Below, in pieces: positions 9,936 through 19,359 of a DNA stretch of 41,834 bases. The stretch is from contig JWZX01003115.1 of assembly GCA_001275005.1 (NCBI GenBank), positions 1 through 41,834 on the forward strand, in the 5' to 3' direction. The position numbers and the translations under genes are program-made. Under the pieces are notes generated by a model. The model made no database searches. It was not told the DNA's origin and saw nothing but the letters and a program-made list of their open reading frames with translations. This DNA comes from Chrysochromulina tobinii. Taxonomy: Eukaryota. Every line of letters starts with the position of its first letter. Position 1 is the stretch's first letter.

Positions 9936-10741
9936 CATGATCGAACCTGGTACATGCGGTCCGTCGTCCCCCCGATGTCGTCAGAAAGTAATAAACGGAT
10001 TGTTAAAGCATGTCTCCACGCCAAGACGTAAAGTCGATTTAATGCTTAGACCAGACGCGTATCTACGAACAAGCAACAGCGGTCTACCGAGCTGTAAGTG
10101 ACGCGTTGTTGGCCAGGAAAGAGCGTAGCAAATAGTGGACGTAAGGAAACGTTCTTAATCTTATCTCACCGATATCGTCCGACGTCGTCATGCACGATTG
10201 CTAAACCGTACAGTAGGTCGGGGATAGTATGTTCCTTTTTTCCCCGTATCGGCACGGTATGTCCCATCTCCCCATGCCTCGGCCCTCGCCACGGCCCAAC
10301 GCGTCTCGACCAGTCTGGCCCGAATCCACTCGCTCGCCTCTCGACGGATAAGGTGAAGAAGGGAGTGCAGGAGCCAGGACTAGAATGGACCATCACTAAG
10401 TGCACTCTCCATTCAGAGAGCGAGGTCCGCGATCTCCGCGATCTCCATTCAGAGAGCTTCGAAGAAGGTCGAGAGGAGTGACCATGGAGGTCTCACACGA
10501 GGCGAGCGTGCGCGTCTCGCGAGAGGTGGGCATTGCATGCTGTTGAGCTGCAGCGGCGATCGGGAGCTGGAGGCGTGCAGGAGCCAGGACGCTGCTCGCC
10601 ATCGGTTGGGGTGCTATCTCGGAGATAATTAGGTATCTGCCGGGCTAGGTATCTGCCGGGGGAATCTATCCACGCGAGGGGTCGAGGGGCACCGAGGAGA
10701 CTTCGGGATCCCTAGGTCGGGGAGGACCATTCAGTAACTAG

Positions 10742-12313
10742 TCAGGCAGGCTCAGGGGACGGACCGACGGACTGGGCGAAGAGCTCGTCGAGCAGCGCCG
10801 CCACCCGCTGAGACGACTTTTCGATGCGCTCGATGCGAATCGGAAGCAAGAGTTCCTGCTCGTGCTCCGCAGCAAGCCTAGCGACCAACGCACTCTTTGG
10901 GCTCGGGGGCCTCGGCTCGACCGTTGGGTCCGGCGGTGGAAGGAGAGCTTGGGCCGCCTCCCTATTCTGCTTCTCCTTCTCTGATGTCCACTTGATAAAC
11001 GTGATGAAGTGATTCACCTCCTCGTCTGTCATCGGAGGGGATGGCGGCGCGACAAACTTGTCGAGGAGCACGGCGACGACGACGTTGGTAAGCACCATGT
11101 TCGTGAGGATGATGAAGGAAATAAAGAACGCGCCAGCCGTGAAGGTGCTCTTTTGGTACAGCCCGAAGACCAGCGGTCGTCCAAGCGCCTCGGCCCAAGA
11201 GTCACCCGTCATCAGCTGGAACATCGAGTACATCGCGCGCGTCCAGGTGCCGTAGTACTCCCTGCCGTTGGTGTAGCCGCGCGGCGTGTACGCGTCGTTG
11301 ATGTGGCTGACGTCGTTGAGGTCGTCGGTCATGTACGTGCCGTTCGATCCAAAGTCGCGGAAGAGCTCGACGGCGAGGATGGCGTAGATGCAGAAGAAGA
11401 TGAAGAGGATTATGAAGGCGTTGGCGACGCCCGGGACGGCCGACAGCAGTGCCGTGATAATCTTGTTCAGCGACTTGATGCGCTTGAAGAGGCGGAAGAC
11501 GCGGAAGGCTCGCATCAGCTTGAGCTTGGCCATGCCGCCCAGGTCGATACCCGTCATCAGAAGAATGCCCACCGCCACGATGATAAAGTCGAAGACGTTC
11601 CACCCGCTGCCCCAGAACATTTTGCCGAAGCCGTAGCCGTACATGTTGGCCAGCAGCTCGAGCAGGAAGAGTATGTTGGAGACCGTATCGCAGCCCGACC
11701 AGAATGCTGCGTACTGCAAGTTTGCGACGTCGGGGTCGATCTCCTTCTCCACGATGTTGATGATGAAGTTGGCGATGATTATCAAGGCGACGCTCCACAC
11801 GACAACGGGGTGCATGTAGATTCGGCGCACCTCTCTTTGGTATGGCAGCGTTTTGTTCCTCCCCCGGATCGAGTGGCTCAGAAAGGGCTCGTTCGGCTTG
11901 AATAAATCGATCAACGCGTACAGCCTCGCGAAGCCAAACACGTCGACTGCGTTGCACTTTCCTGAGCTATCTGTAAGATTGGCCTTATTGAGGAGGGGGC
12001 CGGCCTCGTTTATTATGCGCTTGGCCTGCCTCTCCGTCAGGCCCCGACCGAGCGACTCGAGCGCGAGGCACAGCTCGTCTGTCCCCACTCTTTCGCTTCC
12101 GTCTCGATCGCACTTTTGGAAGGCCTTGATGACCACCGGGTCGATCCCGTCGAGTTCATCATTGAAGGACTGGCTTTGCTCTTCTCTCTTCTTCGTTTTG
12201 GGAGCTTCTTGGTTGTTGTTGTCGTCGTTGCCGGAGCGTCCGCTGCCATCTTCATCATTTTTCTGTTGTTCTTTCTTTCGTTTATCATGGATCGCTTTGA
12301 CGAGTGCGGCCAT
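10742..12313 (-). CDS. Single-domain (6TM) voltage-gated Na+/Ca2+-type channel (EukCat-like) with N-terminal degenerate EF-hand
   Basis: S3 WNVFDFIIV, S4 LKLMRAFRVFRLFKRIK, pore MFQLMTGDSWAE, S6 NVVVAVLLDKF, EF-like loop DRDGSERVGTDE. Probable start MAALVK at 12313; the ORF stays open to 12457. Confidence 0.88.
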   Translation of the reverse strand: MAALVKAIHDKRKKEQQKNDEDGSGRSGNDDNNNQEAPKTKKREEQSQSFNDELDGIDPVVIKAFQKCDRDGSERVGTDELCLALESLGRGLTERQAKRIINEAGPLLNKANLTDSSGKCNAVDVFGFARLYALIDLFKPNEPFLSHSIRGRNKTLPYQREVRRIYMHPVVVWSVALIIIANFIINIVEKEIDPDVANLQYAAFWSGCDTVSNILFLLELLANMYGYGFGKMFWGSGWNVFDFIIVAVGILLMTGIDLGGMAKLKLMRAFRVFRLFKRIKSLNKIITALLSAVPGVANAFIILFIFFCIYAILAVELFRDFGSNGTYMTDDLNDVSHINDAYTPRGYTNGREYYGTWTRAMYSMFQLMTGDSWAEALGRPLVFGLYQKSTFTAGAFFISFIILTNMVLTNVVVAVLLDKFVAPPSPPMTDEEVNHFITFIKWTSEKEKQNREAAQALLPPPDPTVEPRPPSPKSALVARLAAEHEQELLLPIRIERIEKSSQRVAALLDELFAQSVGPSPEPA

Positions 12314-12516
12314 CTGCCCGAGCAAGAGCGGAGGGCAGTCGCGCGCTCCGCGCAAGAGTGCGGCGGGCAGATGCGCGCCGAGCTCGAGCCACTGCGCACT
12401 TCCTCGAACGACCAACGAACGTGTGGCGTTTTTTCCTAGATGGTTTGCGTTTTGCATGCTTCCTCGAATTTGGTAAATATGGTTGAACAGATCTTCTCGT
12501 ACGTCGCAACGCGGCC

Positions 12517-15500
12517 ATGAAGCGCTCGCCGCGGAAGCCGATCGGCGGCGCCACTAATCGCCTCGCCGCGCCATTCGCCGAGGCGCACACTCGCGCGCCC
12601 GCACCCAAGATGCCCGCGCCGCCGCTTGCTCCGACGACGATGGGTAATGGGACTGTCCCACCGGACCTCTTTAGCAAGGAATGGCGGCAGAAGACGGAAA
12701 CGACGCGGGGTGCATCCATCGAGGCGATTGCTAGGGCTAAGACAACGGAGGAGTCGAAGGCCAGCGCCGCATCCTCGTTGCCACGCTCCGGCTCCAGTCG
12801 CGTCGGGCGGGTCTTCTTAGGCGGTGGCATGCGTGCGGGCGAGGGCAAGAAGCTGACGGGGCACAGTGAGTACGTGATGCAGGTGATGCGCGAGTTCTTC
12901 CAAAAGCACGATCTGCACGCGCTACTCACCGTCTTCCGGGAGCACGACCACGACAAGAGCGGCACCTTTGAGTTCCCCGAGTTTCGGGATGCGATGCGTT
13001 CGGTCAACCTCGACCTGACGGAGAAGGACATGGTCGCCCTGTTCCGGGCGGCGGACGCGGATGGTTCGGGTTGCCTCGAGTTTTCCGAGTTCATCAACAA
13101 CTTCCGGAAGGAGGGCGCGGGCGACGCCGCCGAGGGCCGGCGCGAGCAATTCTTCTTCAGCCTGTCGCGACCGCGGGATCTGCTCGCGAGGCCCGAGCGG
13201 CTCAAGCTCTCCCGCAAGGTCGAGGGGCCGCCGGTGACGAGCCGCTCATTGGACGAGATGCTCGCGATCATCGAGAAGAAGGTGGACCAGACGGGGCCCA
13301 AGGCCGTCTTCCACCGCTTCGACGAGAACCGCAGCGGTCGGCTCTCCATCCCCGAGTTCGTACTCGCGATGAAGCACTATGGCGTCGACTGCACAGAGGC
13401 CCAGGCGGAGGAGGTGATCACTTCGATCAACAAGGCGTACGGTTCGTCGATGCAGACGAACCTGAACTATGCGCCGTTTGCCGCGTTCTTTACGCACAAG
13501 ATCGACACGGAGAATACGAGCAACACGGCGATGCGACGCCCAAAGAACCTAGGCGACGATGCCGACCGAGACGACGACGAGCATGGGCGCGGCGCGCACA
13601 CCGCCTCGGGCGTGGACTTTAAGCAAATCAAGTCGAGCATGTTCGCCGGGGTGGTCAAGGACAGCGACCGCGTCGACCCGTCCGCTGCTACGGCCGAGCC
13701 CAACATCCAGCTCCTCCAGACGATGCGCAAGCTCTTCAAAGACCACGACATCGGAGCGCTGCGAAAGACGTTCCAAGAGTTTGATGCCGACAAGAGTGGC
13801 ACATTTGAGCTGGCCGAGTTCAAGGAGGCCATGCGCGTCGTCGACCGCACCATGCCGGAGACGGATGTGGAGACTCTCTTCAAGGCCGCCGACGCCGACA
13901 GCTCGGGGCAAGTCGACTTTTCTGAGTTCATGGGCACCCTCAAAAAGGTGGAGGAGATTGGACGTAAGCGCACGGTGACTGAGAGGCGGGCGCGCTACAT
14001 CCCGGCGGCGACGGCCAAGGCGTACGATCTCGAGCCGTCGGAGTACAAGTACGAGGCGGGCGACGAACTCGTGGCGGGCTACCACAACCTTCTCAAGGAC
14101 AAGATTAAGACGCGTTTCGGCGACCTGCGCCGGTGCTTCCGCGCCATCGACGAGGACGGCTCGGGCAAGTGCGACCGTGTGGAGCTCTCGCAGATGCTGA
14201 ACGCCATGTTCAACCTCAACGTGCCCGAGAAGGCCATGCACCGCATGATCGATCTGATGGACTACGACGGCAGCGGCGACATCCAGTTTGACGAATTCGC
14301 ACGGGTCTTCGCCGCTGAAGACATTCGCAACATGAAGACGACGACGACGACGGCGGCTGACGCGAGCCTCATCGAGCCAGATACCATGGCCCATTGGCAC
14401 AAGATGCGCCCGCCGCCGGCCGCGCTCGAGGCCATCGAGATGGCGACGGCGCGTCGGATCGGGATGAACCGGACCGAACTCAAGCCGATCACCCTCGACG
14501 ATGGCTGGGACGGCCCCGATTGGGCCTCCCGAAAAGACCAGAACACGGGCTGGCGCGGCTGGGACCTGCAGGTCCACATGGACAAGCGGGAAGAGTACAA
14601 GACTGGGCGCGACATCGACTGGACCAAGGGCAGCAAAGGTGGCCAGCCCGAATCCAACTTCAGGCCGTCACAGACGGCTGCGCACGTCGAGACGAAAGGC
14701 ATGCCGCGCCTCGTCACGCGCGGCGCGGCGCAGGCGAGGAACGCCGCCGCCGCCGCTTCCGCCACCGCCTCCGCCGAGATGACGACCCTCGAAGGGGTCG
14801 CAGCCTCGCCGCGGGCGCCCGCATCGCCGCGCGGTCCGCAGTCGCCACGAGAGGCAAGGGCTGCGCAGCGAGATGCCTCCCAGACCCTCGGAGAAGCCGA
14901 GGTGACGAAACGCCGCCTCCAAGAGGCTGCTCGGCTCGCCGTCGCTGTGTTCGACCGCAAGACCATGCGTGATGCGTGGGACGCTGGCCTTGTCGCGCCC
15001 TCGCTCGCAAACGTCACGATGAACGAGCGCCTCATGCGGAGCGGCTTACAGCGGAGCCCGCGCGACATCAACGGGAGCAAACCACTGGGCCAGGGTGACT
15101 CGGGCTCGCTCAGTGCGCGGGCGAGCGTGCCCGTGCGACTCGACGGCGGCGTCAGGACCGACGGCGGGCAGCGCGACTTTTCTCTGCTTGACCTCGAGGA
15201 CGCCACACGTACCCGCAGTGTCGCCCAGTGCTTCGCGGACGCGCCCGCCAACTCTCCTGCGTTCAACTCGGAGGCGCGGCGGCTGCGACGCCTCGGCGAG
15301 TCTTCCCTCGGCGAGGAGCAGACAGAGGACCGAGCACGAGAGCACTCCCGTCGGCAAGCGCACGCAGCCCGGGCGGCCAAGTATCGGGACGCGGAGGCAG
15401 AGAGCCGCTCGCGGGCTGACGCGCAGCGCGATGGGTACGATGAGGGGCGGCGCAGGCGCCAGGCACAGTACGGTGCTACTATCAGCGATCTGCAACTAGC

Positions 15501-15759
15501 TGCCGAGTCGAAGATCGAGCTCGAGCATGGGCGCGAGACAGTCCTCGTTGAGCCGCCCGCCTCGATAGGGTGGGGCAACCGGCCTGCGCCGCCGCACCTC
15601 ACGAGCCACTGGAACACGATCTCGAATCACCATGCCGATCCGCCACCGCGCGGTGAACGCGGTGAGGCGAACAAGATCATCTCTTACCGGCGCGGATTCC
15701 CGCCAGGCGGCCTTGCCGGCCTTACCCATGCCTCGTGGGGAGGGGCCCACGCTCAGTGA
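12517..15759 (+). CDS. Large multi-EF-hand Ca2+-binding protein
   Basis: 1080 aa with seven canonical loops (DHDKSGTFEFPEF, DADGSGCLEFSEF, DENRSGRLSIPEF, DADKSGTFELAEF, DADSSGQVDFSEF, DEDGSGKCDRVEL, DYDGSGDIQFDEF) plus one degenerate partner; long low-complexity C-terminal half. Confidence 0.88.
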   Translation: MKRSPRKPIGGATNRLAAPFAEAHTRAPAPKMPAPPLAPTTMGNGTVPPDLFSKEWRQKTETTRGASIEAIARAKTTEESKASAASSLPRSGSSRVGRVFLGGGMRAGEGKKLTGHSEYVMQVMREFFQKHDLHALLTVFREHDHDKSGTFEFPEFRDAMRSVNLDLTEKDMVALFRAADADGSGCLEFSEFINNFRKEGAGDAAEGRREQFFFSLSRPRDLLARPERLKLSRKVEGPPVTSRSLDEMLAIIEKKVDQTGPKAVFHRFDENRSGRLSIPEFVLAMKHYGVDCTEAQAEEVITSINKAYGSSMQTNLNYAPFAAFFTHKIDTENTSNTAMRRPKNLGDDADRDDDEHGRGAHTASGVDFKQIKSSMFAGVVKDSDRVDPSAATAEPNIQLLQTMRKLFKDHDIGALRKTFQEFDADKSGTFELAEFKEAMRVVDRTMPETDVETLFKAADADSSGQVDFSEFMGTLKKVEEIGRKRTVTERRARYIPAATAKAYDLEPSEYKYEAGDELVAGYHNLLKDKIKTRFGDLRRCFRAIDEDGSGKCDRVELSQMLNAMFNLNVPEKAMHRMIDLMDYDGSGDIQFDEFARVFAAEDIRNMKTTTTTAADASLIEPDTMAHWHKMRPPPAALEAIEMATARRIGMNRTELKPITLDDGWDGPDWASRKDQNTGWRGWDLQVHMDKREEYKTGRDIDWTKGSKGGQPESNFRPSQTAAHVETKGMPRLVTRGAAQARNAAAAASATASAEMTTLEGVAASPRAPASPRGPQSPREARAAQRDASQTLGEAEVTKRRLQEAARLAVAVFDRKTMRDAWDAGLVAPSLANVTMNERLMRSGLQRSPRDINGSKPLGQGDSGSLSARASVPVRLDGGVRTDGGQRDFSLLDLEDATRTRSVAQCFADAPANSPAFNSEARRLRRLGESSLGEEQTEDRAREHSRRQAHAARAAKYRDAEAESRSRADAQRDGYDEGRRRRQAQYGATISDLQLAAESKIELEHGRETVLVEPPASIGWGNRPAPPHLTSHWNTISNHHADPPPRGERGEANKIISYRRGFPPGGLAGLTHASWGGAHAQ

Positions 15760-16129
15760 GGGCAGGGCCATGCGTGCGTACGAGGGGTTTGGACGACATC
15801 TCTGACACTGTGTCGCTGCGTGTAAGTGTGGCGTTATGATGACTAGTTGAATACGGGCATGAGAGTGTTCGTTGACGTGTTGAACTTGCAACTTGAAAGA
15901 CCGGACGCTCTTGTTCAGCGTGTCACGGCTCACGGGTCAGAGAGTGCCACGGACGCACACGGACGCACACGGGGACGGGCACCACACCGCACCCGACCCC
16001 GCGGCCCGCGCCGTTGGAGGCATGGTTTGAGCGGAGGACGACAGATTCTTTTGGTAATGAAACGTTATCTTGAATGTGAAGAGCTTAGTTTTCACATGCG
16101 AGATTATGTGCTCGCATGCGCGTGTACAC

Positions 16130-19099
16130 CTACCTCGGCTTCACGGACGGGATGAGGCACGAGAGATCGGCTTCTTCTTGGTTCGCCCTCCTTTGGCCCT
16201 TGTGCCTCCGAGCTGTACGTACCGCTGACGGCCGACGTGGCCGCGCTTGGAAGGCCTGCATCAGCGTGGCGGCGCTCGTGGCGGCGTGATAGTCATATCG
16301 CTTCGAAGGCGACTCATCGGGAGCTCGGGGCGTGAGGTGCACCTCGCCGCGCACGAGCACGATGCCATCTTTAGTCGAGATCGTCACGTGACGTGGCCCG
16401 AGGTACGTGGCCGTCGGTTCCACGTCAGCGTCGAGAGCACCATTGTTCGGTGGGTCGAAGACTATCTTGAGCAGCCACGTGTCCTCGAGACGTTCGAGCA
16501 TGCTACTGCCGATGTGAATGCCCGGACTGAGCCCGATCCTGGTGTGAATGGGAATGCCGAGCCCGAGCCCAAGACCGGCGCCGCGGCCTTGGCGTACCGC
16601 CACGGCCGATGCGATGGCGCCGTCCTCAGCGGCGGTACGGCCGGCGAGTGCCATTGGTCGGCCAGCGAGGCCGTGCTGTTGCACGACGAGCACTTCGAGG
16701 TCGCGGCCGTCGCACCCAAAGCCCGCCGTCTCCGCGAGGGAATGCGAGAGCGGCGTCGCGCACACGACACCAAGCGGCATGTACATGGGCAGCAGCTCCT
16801 CTTTAGCATGCATCCTAGCCGGTAGGACGGCGGCCCCTGCAATCGAAGAGGCACGCACCACCGCCGCCGCATCGAGGGGCTTGGCCTCGATACGCGTCGC
16901 ATACGCTTTACGCAGCCGCTCGAGCGCCGCCGCTTTGTCGTAGAGCGCCTGCTTGAGGCGAGAGTCGAGCTTTGAGATCTGCAGCTCGCTGTCTTCGAGG
17001 CTGGTCTGCAGACGCTCGAGCTGCCGCTCAGCCTGCGCTGCCTCCCAGCTCAGACGATGGCTCGGGGGAGCAGGGGGTCGGCTGGCCGGGGGGCTCGCGC
17101 CGCTCGGACGGTGGCTCGGGGGAGCAGGGGGTCGGCTGGCCGGGGGGCTCGCGCCGCCAGCGGCTGACGTCAACCCATCTGGGATTCGTGCTGGACCCTC
17201 ATTGGGTTTCGTGCTGGACCCGACGGCGCTCGGCTGGTGCTGGTGCTGCAGCTCCGCCACCGCCTTGGCCGCCTCCGTCGCGTGCGTTTCCCCAGCGGCC
17301 TTCTTCTCCAGCGCACGGAGGGCCTCGTCTCGTGCTTCTTCGATGGCACGAAGGAGGGCCTCCTTCTCTTCGGTGGCCAGGCGCTGCACCTCGCGCGCCT
17401 GCTTGCGCTGTTCGTCGGCCTCCGCTTTCATCGCCGCCACGCGCGCCTCCGCGTCCGCCGCCATCATTTGGCCTCGATCGAACTCCTCTTGCGCGAGCCT
17501 GCGCAGCGCCTCGAGGTTCGCCTGAGCCTCGGCCATCGCCTCTCTCTCACTCTCGGCGAAGCGCCATTTGACCTCCGCGCGCTGCTGTGCCTCGTGCGCC
17601 AGCTGCAGCGCCTGCGCCGCCTGCGTCGCGTTCTCATCGGCTATTCGAATCTTCTGCAGCACCGTCTCGGAGCGGATCGACTCTGCCTGCAGCGCGTTCT
17701 CGCGTACCTGCTTCCAGTAGCGGCGCTCCGTCTGGACCGCTTGCACCTTGTCGACGTGGCACTTGGCCTCGGCCTCGCGCACCGCCTCCTCGAGCTCACG
17801 CCGAGATCGCTCCGCGCGCGCGAGCCCCATATGGGCGTCCGCTTTGATCGCATCGAGCTCGCGCTGCAGCCGGTCGGCACGCTCGGCCTCGCGCTTGGTG
17901 CTCGCGAAGGCATCCTCGAGACGCTTGGCCGCGCTCGCGCGCAGCTTCTCCTCGAGCTGGCGCAGCGCCTTGGCGTGCCGCTCCTCGGCCGCCTTGAGCT
18001 GCGCCGTGCCGCGCGCCTCAGCGGCGACACGGACCTCTCGTTGTACCTTGCTCAACTCGGCGCGATGCGCTTCGAGCAGCTGGGCCTCTCGCACAGCGGC
18101 CGCGGCCTTGTCGTGCTCCTGTGCCTGGTGGATCTTGTGCTGCTGCTGCAGCTGCTGCTGCTGCTCGTGCCGCAGGCGCGTCAAGCTCTTGGTTGTCGTC
18201 GCCACCGCCTGCCGATGCGCCTCGTTTTCGACACGTTGGGCGACCACGTCGAGCTCTGCCTCCTTGCGACGGATGGTAGCGCGCTCCTTCTCAAGACGGT
18301 CTTCGTAGTGTCGGCGCACGCGCAGCAGCGACGAGCGCGGCGAGGGCGCGCCGATCGCCGGCGAGGGCACCACATTCGTCCAAGTCGAGCCACGTGTATG
18401 GAACGGCAGCGCACCGCCGGCCGCGCTGCCACCAGCACCTGCACCCGCGCCCGTGACGGCGCCTGCACCCGCGCTGCCAGCTGCACCAGCGCCGCCGCCG
18501 CCGCCAAAGCGTGTGGCGGGGGTCCCGCTGCTGTCGCGCCGGACGCCTCCTCGGGCCGTCGTCGGCCGCCGGGAGGACGAGCGACCGGGCGTGGGTGACG
18601 CCCGCTGCGCATCGAGCAAGGTCTGCTGCACTCCAATCTCCTTTTGGATGTATTTAATCGCCTCTGTGCCCTTGAGCACGCGCGGCGGTGACCAGGCGGC
18701 AGTCGAGCTGAGCGGCGAGCCGATAGGCACGTGGAAGGCCGATGACGTAGATTCTGCTCGCGGAGAGGTTTTCACTGGTGGCGGCGGCGGCGGGGAAGAA
18801 GCTCGCAGCGGCGCACCCTCCGGCTTCTTCCTGCCCGCGGCACGCTCGCTCTCGAGCTCCGCAACGGCCTCAGCCTCTGCCGCCTCTAGATCCTGCTGAA
18901 GCGATGCCTCTTTGGAGGCCTCCGAGTCTGCCGCGGACGCTATCCCATGGATGATTTGCAGCCCTTGCCGCAGCTGCGAGGAGCGCGGCAACGAGGCGGG
19001 CGAGGCCGAAGGCCGCGTATTGTCATCGTCGTCATCGTCGGTGTCGTCGGAGGCGCTGTAGATTGGATCGTCATCGTCGTCATCGTCGTCCGAGCTCAT
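16130..19099 (-). CDS. Hypothetical long coiled-coil protein with acidic N-terminus
   Basis: ATG at 19099 (MSSDDDDD). Several hundred residues of E/A/R/Q/K-rich heptad-like sequence and a possible globular C-terminal domain. The stop overlaps AG|GTAGGT, so the gene may be spliced further. Confidence 0.7.
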   Translation of the reverse strand: MSSDDDDDDDDPIYSASDDTDDDDDDNTRPSASPASLPRSSQLRQGLQIIHGIASAADSEASKEASLQQDLEAAEAEAVAELESERAAGRKKPEGAPLRASSPPPPPPVKTSPRAESTSSAFHVPIGSPLSSTAAWSPPRVLKGTEAIKYIQKEIGVQQTLLDAQRASPTPGRSSSRRPTTARGGVRRDSSGTPATRFGGGGGAGAAGSAGAGAVTGAGAGAGGSAAGGALPFHTRGSTWTNVVPSPAIGAPSPRSSLLRVRRHYEDRLEKERATIRRKEAELDVVAQRVENEAHRQAVATTTKSLTRLRHEQQQQLQQQHKIHQAQEHDKAAAAVREAQLLEAHRAELSKVQREVRVAAEARGTAQLKAAEERHAKALRQLEEKLRASAAKRLEDAFASTKREAERADRLQRELDAIKADAHMGLARAERSRRELEEAVREAEAKCHVDKVQAVQTERRYWKQVRENALQAESIRSETVLQKIRIADENATQAAQALQLAHEAQQRAEVKWRFAESEREAMAEAQANLEALRRLAQEEFDRGQMMAADAEARVAAMKAEADEQRKQAREVQRLATEEKEALLRAIEEARDEALRALEKKAAGETHATEAAKAVAELQHQHQPSAVGSSTKPNEGPARIPDGLTSAAGGASPPASRPPAPPSHRPSGASPPASRPPAPPSHRLSWEAAQAERQLERLQTSLEDSELQISKLDSRLKQALYDKAAALERLRKAYATRIEAKPLDAAAVVRASSIAGAAVLPARMHAKEELLPMYMPLGVVCATPLSHSLAETAGFGCDGRDLEVLVVQQHGLAGRPMALAGRTAAEDGAIASAVAVRQGRGAGLGLGLGIPIHTRIGLSPGIHIGSSMLERLEDTWLLKIVFDPPNNGALDADVEPTATYLGPRHVTISTKDGIVLVRGEVHLTPRAPDESPSKRYDYHAATSAATLMQAFQARPRRPSAVRTARRHKGQRRANQEEADLSCLIPSVKPR
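17049..17156. repeat. 54-bp in-frame tandem duplication
   Basis: Two near-identical copies encoding GASPPASRPPAPPSHR(P/L)S on the minus strand. Confidence 0.9.
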
Positions 19100-19359
19100 G
19101 GACTTCCGGCGCGCTGGGCCAGTCCGCACACCACCACAACACGAAAATGACCTCCAATCAGAATTGCTTTTTTCGTTTGGTGGTTTCGCCTTTTTGCAAA
19201 CCACGACCACGTGACCGTGACGCCGAAAGTGAATGCATGCAGATCACATGCATGTATGGACATGCGGTCCCCCTACATGTACGAAAATGCGGTCAGAGAC
19301 GTGTGCTTCCTATAATCTACTTGAGATGAGGTTATGTGGTAAGCGCTCCGCCGCCGCTG

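Noticed and set aside
9960..10740. Intergenic short direct repeats (TCTCCATTCAGAGAGC x2 near 10406 and 10442; TAGGTATCTGCCGGG x2 near 10630) and small ORFs
   Set aside because: Two-copy local duplications without element ends or coding signal.
14262..15617. Long antisense or alternative-frame ORFs (this 451-aa ORF; also 17237-18598, 12285-13349, 28506-29549, 33974-34804)
   Set aside because: They shadow well-supported genes, have R/A/S-rich composition without motifs, and are expected at this GC content.
15949..15972. ACGGACGCAC 10-mer doublet resembling the intron arrays in period
   Set aside because: Only two copies, no TGATGAC core, no conserved acceptor end and no flanking duplication.
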